From Eledone cirrhosa (Eukaryota): a stretch of DNA of 64,000 nt. This document shows positions 25,101 through 37,900 of this stretch, one piece after another (positions within the stretch are counted from its first letter, which is position 1; every line of letters starts with the position of its first letter). Below the pieces are notes generated by a model that ran no database searches, was not told the origin of the DNA, and saw nothing but the letters and a program-made list of their open reading frames with translations. Both the position numbers and the translations under genes were made by a program. Location: the NCBI GenBank assembly GCA_964016885.1, contig OZ024746.1, positions 682,001 to 746,000 of the forward strand, given 5' to 3'.

Positions 25101-28100
25101 AACTGTGGAAGGATATTTGAGACAGAAATAATATCTGTTATATTAGGAGAGAACTGTGGAAGGATATTTGAGACAGAAATAATAGCTGTTATATTAGGAG
25201 AGAACAATGGAAGGGTATTTGAGACAGAAATAATATCTCGTATATTAGGAGAGAACTGTGGAAGGATATTCGAGACAGAAATAATATCTGTTATATTAGG
25301 AGAGAACTGTGGAAGGGTATTTGAGACAGAAATAATATCTGTTATATTAGGAGAGAATAATGGAAGGGTATTTGAGACAGAAATAATCTCTGTTATATTA
25401 GGAGAGAACAATGGAAGGGTATTTGAGACAGAAATAATATCTGTTATATTAGGAGAGAACTGTGGAAGGATATTTGAGACAGAAATAATATCTGTTATAT
25501 TAGGAGAGAACTGTGGAAGGATATTTGAGACAGAAATAATATCTGTTATATTAGGAGAGAACAATGGAAGGATATTTGAGACAGAAATAATATCTGTTAT
25601 ATTAGGAGAGAACAATGGAAGGATATTTGAGACAGAAATAATATCTGTTATATTAGGAGAGAACTGTGGAAGGGTATTTGAGACAGAAATAATATCTGTT
25701 ATATTAGGAGAGAACAATGGAAGGGTATTTGAGACAGAAATAATATCTGTTATATTAGGAGAGAACTGTGGAAGGATATTTGAGACAGAAATAATATCTG
25801 TTATATTAGGAGAGAACTGTGGAAGGGTATTTGAGACAGAAATAATATCTGTTATATTAGGAGAGAACAATGGAAGGATATTTGAGACAGAAATAATATC
25901 TGTTATATTAGGAGAGAACTGTGGAAGGGTATTTGAGACAGAAATAATATCTGTTATATTAGGAGAGAACTGTGGAAGGGTATTTGAGACAGAAATAATA
26001 TCTGTTATATTAGGAGAGAACTGTGGAAGGATATTTGAGACAGAAATAATATCTGTTATATTAGGAGAGAACTGTGGAAGGATATTTGAGACAGAAATAA
26101 TATCTGTTATATTAGGAGAGAACTGTGGAAGGATATTTGAGACAGAAATAATATCTGTTATATTAGGAGAGAACAATGGAAGGGTATTTGAGACAGAAAT
26201 AATATCTGTTATATTAGGAGAGAACTGTGGAAGGGTATTTGAGACAGAAATAATATCTGTTATATTAGGAGAGAATAATGGAAGGGTATTTGAGACAGAA
26301 ATAATATCTGTTATATTAGGAGAGAACTGTGGAAGGATATTTGAGACAGAAATAATATCTGTTATATTAGGAGAGAACTGTGGAAGGATATTTGAGACAG
26401 AAATAATATCTGTTATATTAGGAGAGAACAATGGAAGGGTATTTGAGACAGAAATAATATCTGTTATATTAGGAGAGAACTGTGGAAGGATATTTGAGAC
26501 AGAAATAATATCTGTTATATTAGGAGAGAACAATGGAAGGGTATTTGAGACAGAAATAATATCTGTTATATTAGGAGAGAACAATGGAAGGGTATTTGAG
26601 ACAGAAATAATATCTGTTATATTAGGAGAGAACTGTGGAAGGATATTTGAGACAGAAATAATATCTGTTATATTAGGAGAGAACTGTGGAAGGGTATTTG
26701 AGACAGAAATAATATCTGTTATATTAGGAGAGAACTGTGGAAGGATATTTGAGACAGAAATAATATCTGTTATATTAGGAGAGAACAATGGAAGGATATT
26801 TGAGACAGAAATAATATCTGTTATGTTAGGAGAGAACTGTGGAAGGGTATTTGAGACAGAAATAATATCTGTTATATTAGGAGAGAACTGTGGAAGGATA
26901 TTTGAGACAGAAATAATATCTGTTATATTAGGAGAGAACAATGGAAGGATATTTGAGACAGAAATAATATCTGTTATGTTAGGAGAGAACTGTGGAAGGG
27001 TATTTGAGACAGAAATAATATCTGTTATGTTAGGAGAGAACTGTGGAAGGGTATTTGAGACAGAAATAATATCTGTTATATTAGGAGAGAACTGTGGAAG
27101 GATATTTGAGACAGAAATAATATCTGTTATGTTAGGAGAGAACTGTGGAAGGGTATTTGAGACAGAAATAATATCTGTTATATTAGGAGAGAATAATGGA
27201 AGGGTATTTGAGACAGAAATAATATCTGTTATATTAGGAGAGAACTGTGGAAGGGTATTTGAGACAGAAATAATATCTGTTATATTAGGAGAGAATAATG
27301 GAAGGGTATTTGAGACAGAAATAATATCTGTTATATTAGGAGAGAACAATGGAAGGATATTTGAGACAGAAATAATATCTGTTATATTAGGAGAGAATAA
27401 TGGAAGGGTATTTGAGACAGAAATAATATCTGTTATATTAGGAGAGAACAATGGAAGGATATTTGAGACAGAAATAATATCTGTTATATTAGGAGAGAAT
27501 AATGGAAGGGTATTTGAGACAGAAATAATATCTGTTATATTAGGAGAGAATAATGGAAGGATATTTGAGACAGAAATAATATCTGTTATATTAGGAGAGA
27601 ATAATGGAAGGGTATTTGAGACAGAAATAATATCTGTTATATTAGGAGAGAACAATGGAAGGATATTTGAGACAGAAATAATATCTGTTATATTAGGAGA
27701 GAATAATGGAAGGGTATTTGAGACAGAAATAATATCTGTTATATTAGGAGAGAACTGTAGAAGGATATTTGAGACAGAAATAATATCTGTTATATTAGGA
27801 GAGAACTGTGGAAGGGTATTTGAGACAGAAATAATATCTGTTATATTAGCAGAGAACTGTGGAAGGATATTTGAGACAGAAATAATATCTGTTATATTAG
27901 GAGAGAATAATGGAAGGATATTTGAGACAGAAATAATATCTGTTATATTAGGAGAGAACTGTGGAAGGATATTTGAGACAGAAATAATATCTGTTATATT
28001 AGGAGAGAACTGTGGAAGGATATTTGAGACAGAAATAATATCTCTTATATTAGGAGAGAACAGTGGAAGGATATTTGAGACAGAAATAATATCTGTTATA

Positions 28101-30927
28101 TTAGGAGAGAATAATGGAAGGATATTTGAGACAGAAATAATATCTGTTATATTAGCAGAGAACTGTGGAAGGGTATTTGAGACAGAAATAATATCTGTTA
28201 TATTAGGAGATAACAATGCAAGGATATTTGAGACAGAAATAATATCTGTTATATTAGGAGAGAACAATGGAAGGATATTTGAGACAGAAATAATATCTGT
28301 TATATTAGGAGGGAACTGTGGAAGGATATTTGAGACAGAAATAATATCTATTATATTAGCAGAGAACTGTGGAAGGATATTTGAGACAGAAATAATAGCT
28401 GTTACATTAGGAGAGAACTGTGGAAGGATATTTGAGACAGAAATAACATCTGTTATATTAGGAGAGAACTGTGGAAGGATATTTGAGACAGAAATAATAT
28501 CTGTTATATTAAGAGAGAATAATGGAAGGGTATTTGAGACAGAAATAATATCTGTTATATTAGGAGCGAACTGTGGAAGGGTATTTGAGACAGAAATAAT
28601 ATCTGTTATATTAGGAGAGAACTGTGGAAGGATATTTGAGACAGAAATAATATCTGTTATATTAGGAGAGAACAATGGAAGGGTATTTGAGACAGAAATA
28701 ATATCTGTTATATTAGGAGAGAACAATGGAAGGATATTTGAGACAGAAATAATATCTGTTATATTAGGAGAGAACTGTGGAAGGGTATTTGAGACAGAAA
28801 TAATAGCTGTTATATTAGGAGAGAACTGTGGAAGGATATTTGAGACAGAAATAATATCTGTTATATTAGGAGAGAACAATGGAAGGGTATTTGAGACAGA
28901 AATAATATCTGTTATATTAGGAGAGAATAATGGAAGGGTATTTGAGACAGAAATAATATCTGTTATATTAGGAGCGAACTGTGGAAGGGTATTTGAGACA
29001 GAAATAATATCTCTTATATTAGGAGAGAACTGTGGAAGGGTATTTGAGACAGAAATAATATCTGTTATATTAGGAGAGAACTGTGGAAGGGTATTTGAGA
29101 CAGAAATAATATCTGTTATATTAAGAGAGAACTGTGGAAGGGTATTTGAGACAGAAATAATATCTGTTATATTAGGAGAGAACTGTGGAAGGGTATTTGA
29201 GACAGAAATAATATCTGTTATATTAGGAGAGAACTGTGGAAGGGTATTTGAGACAGAAATAATATCTGTTATATTAGGAGAGAACTGTGGAAGGGTATTT
29301 GAGACAGAAATAATATCTGTTATATTAGGAGAGAACTGTGGAAGGGTATTTGAGACAGAAATAATATCTGTTATATTAGGAGAGAACTGTGGAAGGGTAT
29401 TTGAGACAGAAATAATATCTGTTATATTAAGAGAGAACTGTGGAAGGGTATTTGAGACAAAAATAATATCTGTTATATTAGGAGAGAACTGTGGAAGGAT
29501 ATTTGAGACAGAAATAATATCTCTTATATTAGGAGAGAACTGTGGAAGGGTATTTGAGACAGAAATAATATCTGTTATATTAGGAGAGAACTGTGGAAGG
29601 GTATTTGAGACAGAAATAATATCTGTTATATTAAGAGAGAACTGTGGAAGGGTATTTGAGACAGAAATAATATCTGTTATATTAAGAGAGAACTGTGGAA
29701 GGGTATTTGAGACAGAAATAATATCTGTTATATTAAGAGAGAACTGTGGAAGGGTATTTGAGACAGAAATAATATCTGTTATATTAAGAGAGAACTGTGG
29801 AAGGGTATTTGAGACAGAAATAATATCTGTTATATTAGGAGAGAATAATGGAAGGGTATTTGAGACAGAAATAATATCTGTTATATTAGGAGCGAACTGT
29901 GGAAGGGTATTTGAGACAGAAATAATATCTGTTATATTAGGAGAGAATAATGGAAGGGTATTTGAGACAGAAATAATATCTGTTATATTAGGAGAGAACA
30001 ATGGAAGGATATTTGAGACAGAAATAATATCTGTTATATTAGGAGCGAACTGTGGAAGGGTATTTGAGACAGAAATAATATCTGTTATATTAGGAGAGAA
30101 TAATGGAAGGGTATTTGAGACAGAAATAATATCTGTTATATTAGGAGAGAACAATGGAAGGATATTTGAGACAGAAATAATATCTGTTATATTAGGAGAG
30201 AACAATGGAAGGGTATTTGAGACAGAAATAATATCTGTTATATTAGGAGAGAACAATGGAAGGGTATTTGAGACAGAAATAATATCTGTTATATTAGGAG
30301 CGAACTGTGGAAGGGTATTTGAGACAGAAATAATATCTGTTATATTAGGAGAGAATAATGGAAGGGTATTTGAGACAGAAATAATATCTGTTATATTAGG
30401 AGAGAACAATGGAAGGATATTTGAGACAGAAATAATATCTGTTATATTAGGAGCGAACTGTGGAAGGGTATTTGAGACAGAAATAATATCTGTTATATTA
30501 GGAGAGAATAATGGAAGGGTATTTGAGACAGAAATAATATCTGTTATATTAGGAGAGAACAATGGAAGGATATTTGAGACAGAAATAATATCTGTTATAT
30601 TAGGAGAGAACAATGGAAGGGTATTTGAGACAGAAATAATATCTGTTATATTAGGAGAGAACAATGGAAGGATATTTGAGACAGAAATAATATCTGTTAT
30701 ATTAGGAGAGAACAATGGAAGGATATTTGAGACAGAAATAATATCTGTTATATTAGGAGAGAACTGTGGAAGGATATTTGAGACAGAAATAATATCTGTT
30801 ATATTAGGAGAGAACTGTGGAAGGATATTTGAGACAGAAATAATATCTGTTATATTAGCAGAGAACTGTGGAAGGATATTTGAGACAGAAATAATATCTG
30901 TTATATTAGAACCCGTGGAAGGATATT
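10104..30927. repeat. Satellite 1: 51-bp unit (ggaaggatatttgagacagaaataatatctgttatattaggagagaactgt), ~20.8 kb, roughly 400 copies
   Basis: Direct inspection. 17-aa periodicity of the ORFs on both strands; 49-bp deletion variants occur locally. Confidence 0.98.
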
Positions 30928-31459
30928 CTCCATTGTACACGCCATGAAGATCCACCATACGAAAAAAGTCTTTGCAAGGACATTGTCAAATGAAGAGCAG
31001 CGCATTGCTCCAGCATATAAGACATTGGAAAAGCAAGGTCAGGAGTTAAACCACAGTGCAAAACGACATCCATGCTGTTAATCAATTCGTGCAGGCTCTT
31101 GACACCAGGTACAGTAAGCTTAACTTGGCAACTGCAAGTGCCAAAGAGGTGTGGGAGATGCTAGATAGGAATGTGTTCATAGGAGCAGCCTGGATCACAA
31201 ACTAGCTACTTACTACTTAGGAAACAGTTGACCTAATATTTAAAATTTTACAACCATCTTGATAGAAGGGAAAGCAAACAAAATACTCCCTTAAATTAAA
31301 CTCTATATACATTACTAATTATGAATATTTGTCTAAAGTTCCAAGATTGAAATTAATAGTTTAATTACAATATGATTACAGGAAATTGCAGGAAATATGG
31401 AGAAATTCTAAAATAAATTAGAATCACGAAAAAAAAAAGATTAGTTTGTTTCATTCATT

Positions 31460-31650
31460 TAGTACCAGAGTGCCTGAAATGGCGCTTGGTTTTGTAAAAT
31501 AAAACTATCTTAGATAAAATTTTTATTTCAACATAATTTTATGTAAGAACCTGTGTTAAATTATGCTCCAAACACCAGTTTAATGATATTACTAAAACAC
31601 TCCAAATTCTTGATTATTTCCAAAAAAATCATAGGCAGCGTCATTAGTTA
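31460..31650 (-). mobile_element. Decayed relative of the piggyBac-like MITE
   Basis: aaataaaact...caacataattttatgtaagaacc...tatgctccaaacaccag matches 4850-4930 and the reverse complement of 45320-45370 and 45515-45535. Confidence 0.55.
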
Positions 31651-31653
31651 GAA

Positions 31654-32030
31654 TCATCATCTTCATCACTGTTCATCACCTATACTTATTTTTCTTGCTT
31701 GCATGGGTTTGATGGGTTCTCATGTTATGAGGCTAAACAGGACAGGTGACCACATCATGTACCTCTGTTTTTCGCTTGGTAATCTTCCTAACACCAATTA
31801 TATTACATGTGCTGGGTGCTTTTTTGTCATGGCACCAGTACGACCACATTACAGGGTGGACTGGGAGCTTTTTTGTTATGACATCAACATGGCCACCTTG
31901 CAGAGTGGACTGGGTGCTTTTTTTGTTATGGCACCAGCATGACCACCTTACAAGGTGGACTGGGTGTTTTTTTTGTTATGGCACCAGTATGACCATCTTG
32001 CAGTGTGGTTGGGTGCTTTTTGTTGTGGTA
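31654..32030 (-). mobile_element. RTE 3' UTR fragment with an internal ~50-55-bp tandem expansion (~4 copies)
   Basis: (CAT)n tail and gcttgcatgggttt, then repeated tgggtgctttttt.gttatggcaccagcatgaccac...gtggac. Confidence 0.65.
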
Positions 32031-32940
32031 ACAAAAACATCAAGTTACTTTATCATGGTAAATTATAAATGGTAAAATATTAAAAGCAGCCAGATTATAT
32101 ATCTTCAAGGTTGAGATATTGTGATAAATATGGAGATTTGTGTTTTTGTTTCTGAAACATGTCACATGTTTTTAATAAAAAAAACAGTATGTGTTTATAA
32201 ACAGTATAGAAAATGTGAATGTAGAAGAGTACCACACCCTGAATATATGCATCAGATACATAATTGCTCAGTTCCTGTGATGTCATATTCTACCATGTAG
32301 GGACAATAGAACAAATTTAATTCTGTGTTGCAAAAAACAAAAAGGGAAAAATAGTGGTCATTCCATGAGAATATCTTGGTCAGCCTTTTCCAGCAGACCC
32401 TCATATCTATGTCAACTGCCTGGTTGCCCAGAAATATAATAGAGACTGATTGAAATACTTTCCTATACAAAATAGATTCCATGTCTATTATTCTGAAACA
32501 ATTAGTTTTATTATATGAATGAAAGTTAATACATCTTTAATAAGCAACAAAAGCATTAATATTGTGTTTAGCTTTGTAAAGCAGCTATTTACTAAATATG
32601 ACAGAATAAATGAGGTTAATCTTCCATAAATATCTCTATCACTATGTGTTTGTTATGTTCAAATTGCAGGGTCTCTAAATTAGTGTTTCACTCAGGCTTG
32701 GTTTCTTGAATCTGTGAGCAACAGTCATTGCAGAAATACAGTAGACATTTTTGGACTCCAACTGTTGTCATGACACCTCAGGGTTTAGAAGTCCTTATAG
32801 GAGTCCTGCTGCTGTGATGCCACCTCAGCTCTGGTCCCTTCCAACTCCACAGGTCATGACAACTCGGTGCCAGCCACTTTCCTAGACATGTTGCTCTCAA
32901 CAATATTGTTAAACATGGTTTCAATGCAGTTAGTTTCCAA

Positions 32941-33110
32941 TCACTGCAGGAACTTCTGGGGTTAGACTGAGGGGGTCACTGCAGGAACTTCTGGGGTTAG
33001 ACTGAGGGGGTCACTGTAGGAGCTTCTGGGGTTAGACTGAGGGGGTCACTGTAGGAACTTCTGGGGTTAGACTGAGGGGGTCACTGCAGGAGCTTCTGGG
33101 GTTAGACTGA
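32941..33110. repeat. 35-bp minisatellite x ~5
   Basis: tcactgcaggaacttctggggttagactgaggggg repeats. Confidence 0.9.
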
Positions 33111-33195
33111 AAAAAACAGTAAAAACCCCAGATGACATTACAATCTTCCTGTTCTGAGGCAGAAAATTAGACATGTTGGAAGTCTTTTAAATGGG

Positions 33196-33372
33196 ATCAT
33201 CATCATCATCATTTCATTTTACGTCCGCTTTTTCCCTGCTTGCAAGGGTGGGATGGAAACTGATTTTGGCTTTATTTCTACAGCTGGATGCCCTTCCTAA
33301 CACCAACCTCCTTTACAGTGAGTGCTGGGTGCTTTTTTGCCGTGGCACCTCCACGACCACTTTGCAGTGGGA
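33196..33372 (-). mobile_element. RTE 3' UTR fragment
   Basis: (CAT)n, ttttacgtccgc, ggatgcccttcctaacaccaacc motifs. Confidence 0.65.
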
Positions 33373-33384
33373 TGATAGGGATCC

Positions 33385-33540
33385 CAGTCCCTATCATCTC
33401 ATTTCTACAGCTGAGTAAACTGGAGCAATGTGAAATAAAGTGTCTTGCTCAAGGAAACAACACATCACCCAGTCTGAGAATTGAACTCACAACGTTTCAA
33501 TTGCAAGGCCAATGCTCTAACCACTAAGCCATGTGCCTCC
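33385..33540 (-). mobile_element. tRNA-derived SINE 5' part
   Basis: Minus strand: A box TGGCTTAGTGG, B box GAGTTCAATTC, then ccttgagcaagacactt...ttgctccagtttactcagctg. Confidence 0.75.
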
Positions 33541-33811
33541 ATTGGGATGTTTTCACCAATTCCTCAGATATAGAAAGTAATTTTAAATGAATTATTTCAT
33601 CCTCATCAGGTTTCATCTATTCTCAGCAGCTTAGATATCATGGATCATTCTAATGCTATGGATGTAGACATGGTGTAGTTCCAATCCTTTCCATGGTGAT
33701 CACATAAGGAGGGAAGGTGAATCAGGGAACCCTTCAGACCACATATTGTCTAAAGGATTCATGGTGAGGGTGAAATGCTATTTAACTTATAACCTTCACC
33801 TTTGGTTGTAA

Positions 33812-34425
33812 CCCAAGAAGGATAAATACCCCCAGAGAAAGGTAAACACCCCAGAGAAAGGTGAACACCCCCAGAGAAAGTTAAACACCCCAGAGAAAGG
33901 TAAACACCCTCAGAGAAAGGTGAACACCCCCAGAGAAAGTTAAACACCCCCAGAGAAAGTTAAATATCCCAGAGAAAGGTAAATATCCCAGAGGAAGGTA
34001 AACACCAGAGGAGGGTAAACACCCAGAGAAAGGTAAACACCCCCAGAGAAAGGTAAATATCCCAGAGAAAGGTAAACACCCTAGAGAAAGGTAAATATCC
34101 CAGAGAAAGGTAAACATCCCAGAGAAAGGTAAATATCCCAGAGGAAGGTAAACACCAGAGGAGGGTAAACACCCAGAGAAAGGTAAACACCCCCAGAGAA
34201 AGGTAAATATCCCAGAGAAAGGTAAACACCCTAGAGAAAGGTAAATATCCCAAAGAAAGGTAAACACTCCAGAGAAAGGTAAACACCTCCAGAGAAAGGT
34301 AAACATCCCAGAGAAAGGTAAATACCCTCAGAGAAAGGTAAACATCCAAGAGAAAGGTAAACACCCCAGAGAAAGGTAAATATCCCAGAGAAAGGTGAAC
34401 ATCCACGAGAAAGGTAAATATCAGA
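33812..34425. repeat. ~19-21-bp minisatellite (cccagagaaaggtaaacac variants), ~30 copies
   Basis: Direct inspection. An internal ~120-bp block is duplicated. Confidence 0.9.
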
Positions 34426-34584
34426 GAGGATGTAAAAATATAGAAAAATTAAAAAGGAAGGAATGCAAACAACTACAACAACTATAATAACAATTTCTTA
34501 TTTTGGCACATAACTAAGAAATTTGGAGATGGGTGTCATCATCATCCTCATCATGGGTGTAGTCAATTTAATTAACTCCAACAA

Positions 34585-34942
34585 ATTCAAAGAAACCAGA
34601 TTGACAGAAAACTGTGAGCAAAATGAAAACAAAAAAGAACCAACATAAATTGTGAAAAACAAGAAATTGGAAACTGACTCCAGAATGTCAGCAAGATAAA
34701 CCCTTATATGGTCAATACCTGAGAAGGCTCAATAGAGAGGAAGTAGACAAGACACAAAACTTGCTATGAAGTCAAGACTGGATGATTTCTAATTGCAGCA
34801 CAAGACCAAATCCTCTCCCACTCTCCAGAAAAAACCAGAAGTACATAGTAACTGCAGAATATGTGGAGATGGGAAAGAAACACCCCATCATCTCTGGCTG
34901 CCCAGTCTTGTCCAAAAAAGAATATATCCACAGACATGATTG
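34585..34942 (+). mobile_element. RLE-type (R4/NeSL-like) non-LTR retrotransposon, decayed C-terminal region, part left of satellite 2
   Basis: QDKPLYGQYLRRLNREEVDK...FLIAAQDQ...CRICGDGKET-(H)IISGCPVLSKKEYIHRHD, i.e. the CCHC zinc knuckle and RHD motif of restriction-like-endonuclease retrotransposons. Contains stops and frameshifts. Confidence 0.82.
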
Positions 34943-37900
34943 AACAGGGAGTACATACACTGGAAGTTATGCCAACACTACAAAATACTAACAGGGAGTA
35001 CATACACTGGAAGTTATGCCAACACTACAAAATATTAACAGGGAGTACATACACTGGAAGTTATGCCAACACTACAAAATACTAACAGGGAGTACATACA
35101 CTGGAAGTTATGCCAACACTACAAAATATTAACAGGGAGTACGTACACTGGAGGTTATGCCAATACTACAAAATACTAACATACATACACTGGAAGTTAT
35201 ACCAACACTACAAAATACTAACATACACACACTGGAAGTTATGCCAACACTACAAAATACTAACAGGGAATACATACACTGGAAGTTATACAAACACTAC
35301 AAAACACTAACAGGGAATACATACACTGGAAGTTATACCAACACTACAAAATACTAACATACAGACACTGGAAGTTATACCAACACTACAAAATACTAAC
35401 ATACAGACACTGGAAGTTATGCCAACACTACAAAATACTAACATACAGACACTGGAAGTTATGCTAACACTACAAAACACTAACAGAGAATACATACACT
35501 GGAAGTTATACCAACACTACAAAATACTAACATACATACACTGAAAGTTATGCCAACACTACAAAACACTAACAGGGAATACATACACTGAAAGTTATAC
35601 CAACACTACAAAATACTAACAGGGAATACATACACTGGAAGTTATACCAACACTACAAAATACTAACAGGGAGTACATACACTGGAAGTTATACCAACAC
35701 AACAAAATACTAACATACATACACTGGAAGTTATGCCAACACTACAAAATACTAACATACATACACTGGAAGTTATGCCAACACTACAAAATACTAACAT
35801 ACATACACTGGAAGTTATGCCAACAATACAAAACACTAACAGGGAGTACATACACTGGAAGTTATGCCAACACTACAAAATACTAACATACATACACTGG
35901 AAGTTATGCCAACACTACAAAATACTAACATACATACACTGGAAGTTATGCCAACACTACAAAATACTAACATACAGACACTGGAAGTTATGCCAACACT
36001 ACAAAATACTAACAGGGAGTACATACACTGGAAGTTATGCCAACACTACAAAATACTAACATACATACACTGGAAGTTATACCAACACTACAAAATACTA
36101 ACATACATACACTGGAAGTTATGCCAACACTACAAAATACTAACAGGGAGTACATACACTGGAAGTTATGCCAACACTACAAAATACTAACAGGGAATAC
36201 ATACACTGAAAGTTATGCCAACACTACAAAGTACTAACATACATACACTGGAAGTTATGCCAACACTACAAAATACTAACAGGGAGTACATACACTGGAA
36301 GTTATGCCAACACTACAAAACACAAACATACATACACTGGAAGTTATGCCAACACTACAAAATACTAACATACACACACTGGAAGTTATGCCAACACTAC
36401 AAAATACTAACAGGGAGTACATACACTGGAAGTTATGCCAACACTACAAAATACTAACATACATACACTGGAAGTTATGCCAACACTACAAAATACTAAC
36501 AGGGAGTACATACACTGGAAGTTATGCCAACACTACAAAATACTAACAGGGAGTACATACACTGGAAGTTATGCCAACACTACAAAATACTAACATACAT
36601 ACACTGGAAGTTATGCCAACACTACAAAATACTAACATACATACACTGGAAGTTATGCCAACACTACAAAATACTAACATACATACACTGGAAGTTATGC
36701 CAACACTACAAAATACTAACAGGGAGTACATACACTGGAAGTTATGCCAACACTACAAAATACTAACAGGGAGTACATACACTGGAAGTTATGCCAACAC
36801 TACAAAATACTAACATACATACACTGGAAGTTATGCCAACACTACAAAATACTAACATACATACACTGGAAGTTATGCCAACACTACAAAATACTAACAG
36901 GGAGTACATACACTGGAAGTTATGCCAACACTACAAAATACTAACATACATACACTGGAAGTTATGCCAACACTACAAAATACTAACATACAGACACTGG
37001 AAGTTATGCCAACACTCCAAAATACTAACATAGATACACTGGAAGTTATGCCAACACTACAAAATACTAACATACATACACTGGAAGTTATACCAACACT
37101 ACAAAATACTAACATACACACACTGGAAGTTATGCCAACACTACAAAATACTAACAGGGAATACATACACTGGAAGTTATACCAACACTACAAAACACTA
37201 ACAGGGAATACATACACTGGAAGTTATACCAACACTACAAAATACTAACATACAGACACTGGAAGTTATACCAACACTACAAAATACTAACATACAGACA
37301 CTGGAAGTTATGCCAACACTACAAAATACTAACATATAGACACTGGAAGTTATGCTAACACTACAAAACACTAACAGAGAATACATACACTGGAAGTTAT
37401 ACCAACACTACAAAATACTAACATACATACACTGAAAGTTATGCCAACACTACAAAATACTAACATACATACACTGGAAGTTATGCCAACACTACAAAAC
37501 ACTAACAGGGAATACATACACTGAAAGTTATACCAACACTACAAAATACTAACAGGGAATACATACACTGGAAGTTATACCAACACTACAAAATACTAAC
37601 AGGGAGTACATACACTGGAAGTTATACCAACACTACAAAATACTAACATACATACACTGGAAGTTATGCCAACACTACAAAATACTAACATACATACACT
37701 GGAAGTTATGCCAACACTACAAAATTCTAACATACATACACTGGAAGTTATGCCAACACTACAAAACACTAACAGGGAGTACATACACTGGAAGTTATGC
37801 CAACACTACAAAATACTAACATACATACACTGGAAGTTATGCCAACACTACAAAATACTAACATACATACACTGGAAGTTATGCCAACACTACAAAATAC

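Noticed and set aside
10121-30958. Giant ORFs of up to 2005 aa on both strands (GRIFETEIISVILGENC / NITDIISVSNILPQFSP repeats)
   Set aside because: The 51-bp unit is a multiple of 3 and happens to lack stops in one frame per strand. The array contains many 2-bp frameshifting variants, has no unique N- or C-terminal domain, and abuts a TE remnant.
32252-32492. 76-aa minus-strand ORF preceded by an acceptor-like site
   Set aside because: No recognisable motif and no matching donor or phase link to GALM.
32764-32863. 11-bp inverted repeat gttgtcatgac...gtcatgacaac about 100 bp apart
   Set aside because: Short and partly self-palindromic, with no second copy in the window.
33385-33540. tRNA gene
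   Set aside because: A and B boxes are present, but there is no cloverleaf and the sequence continues into a SINE body.
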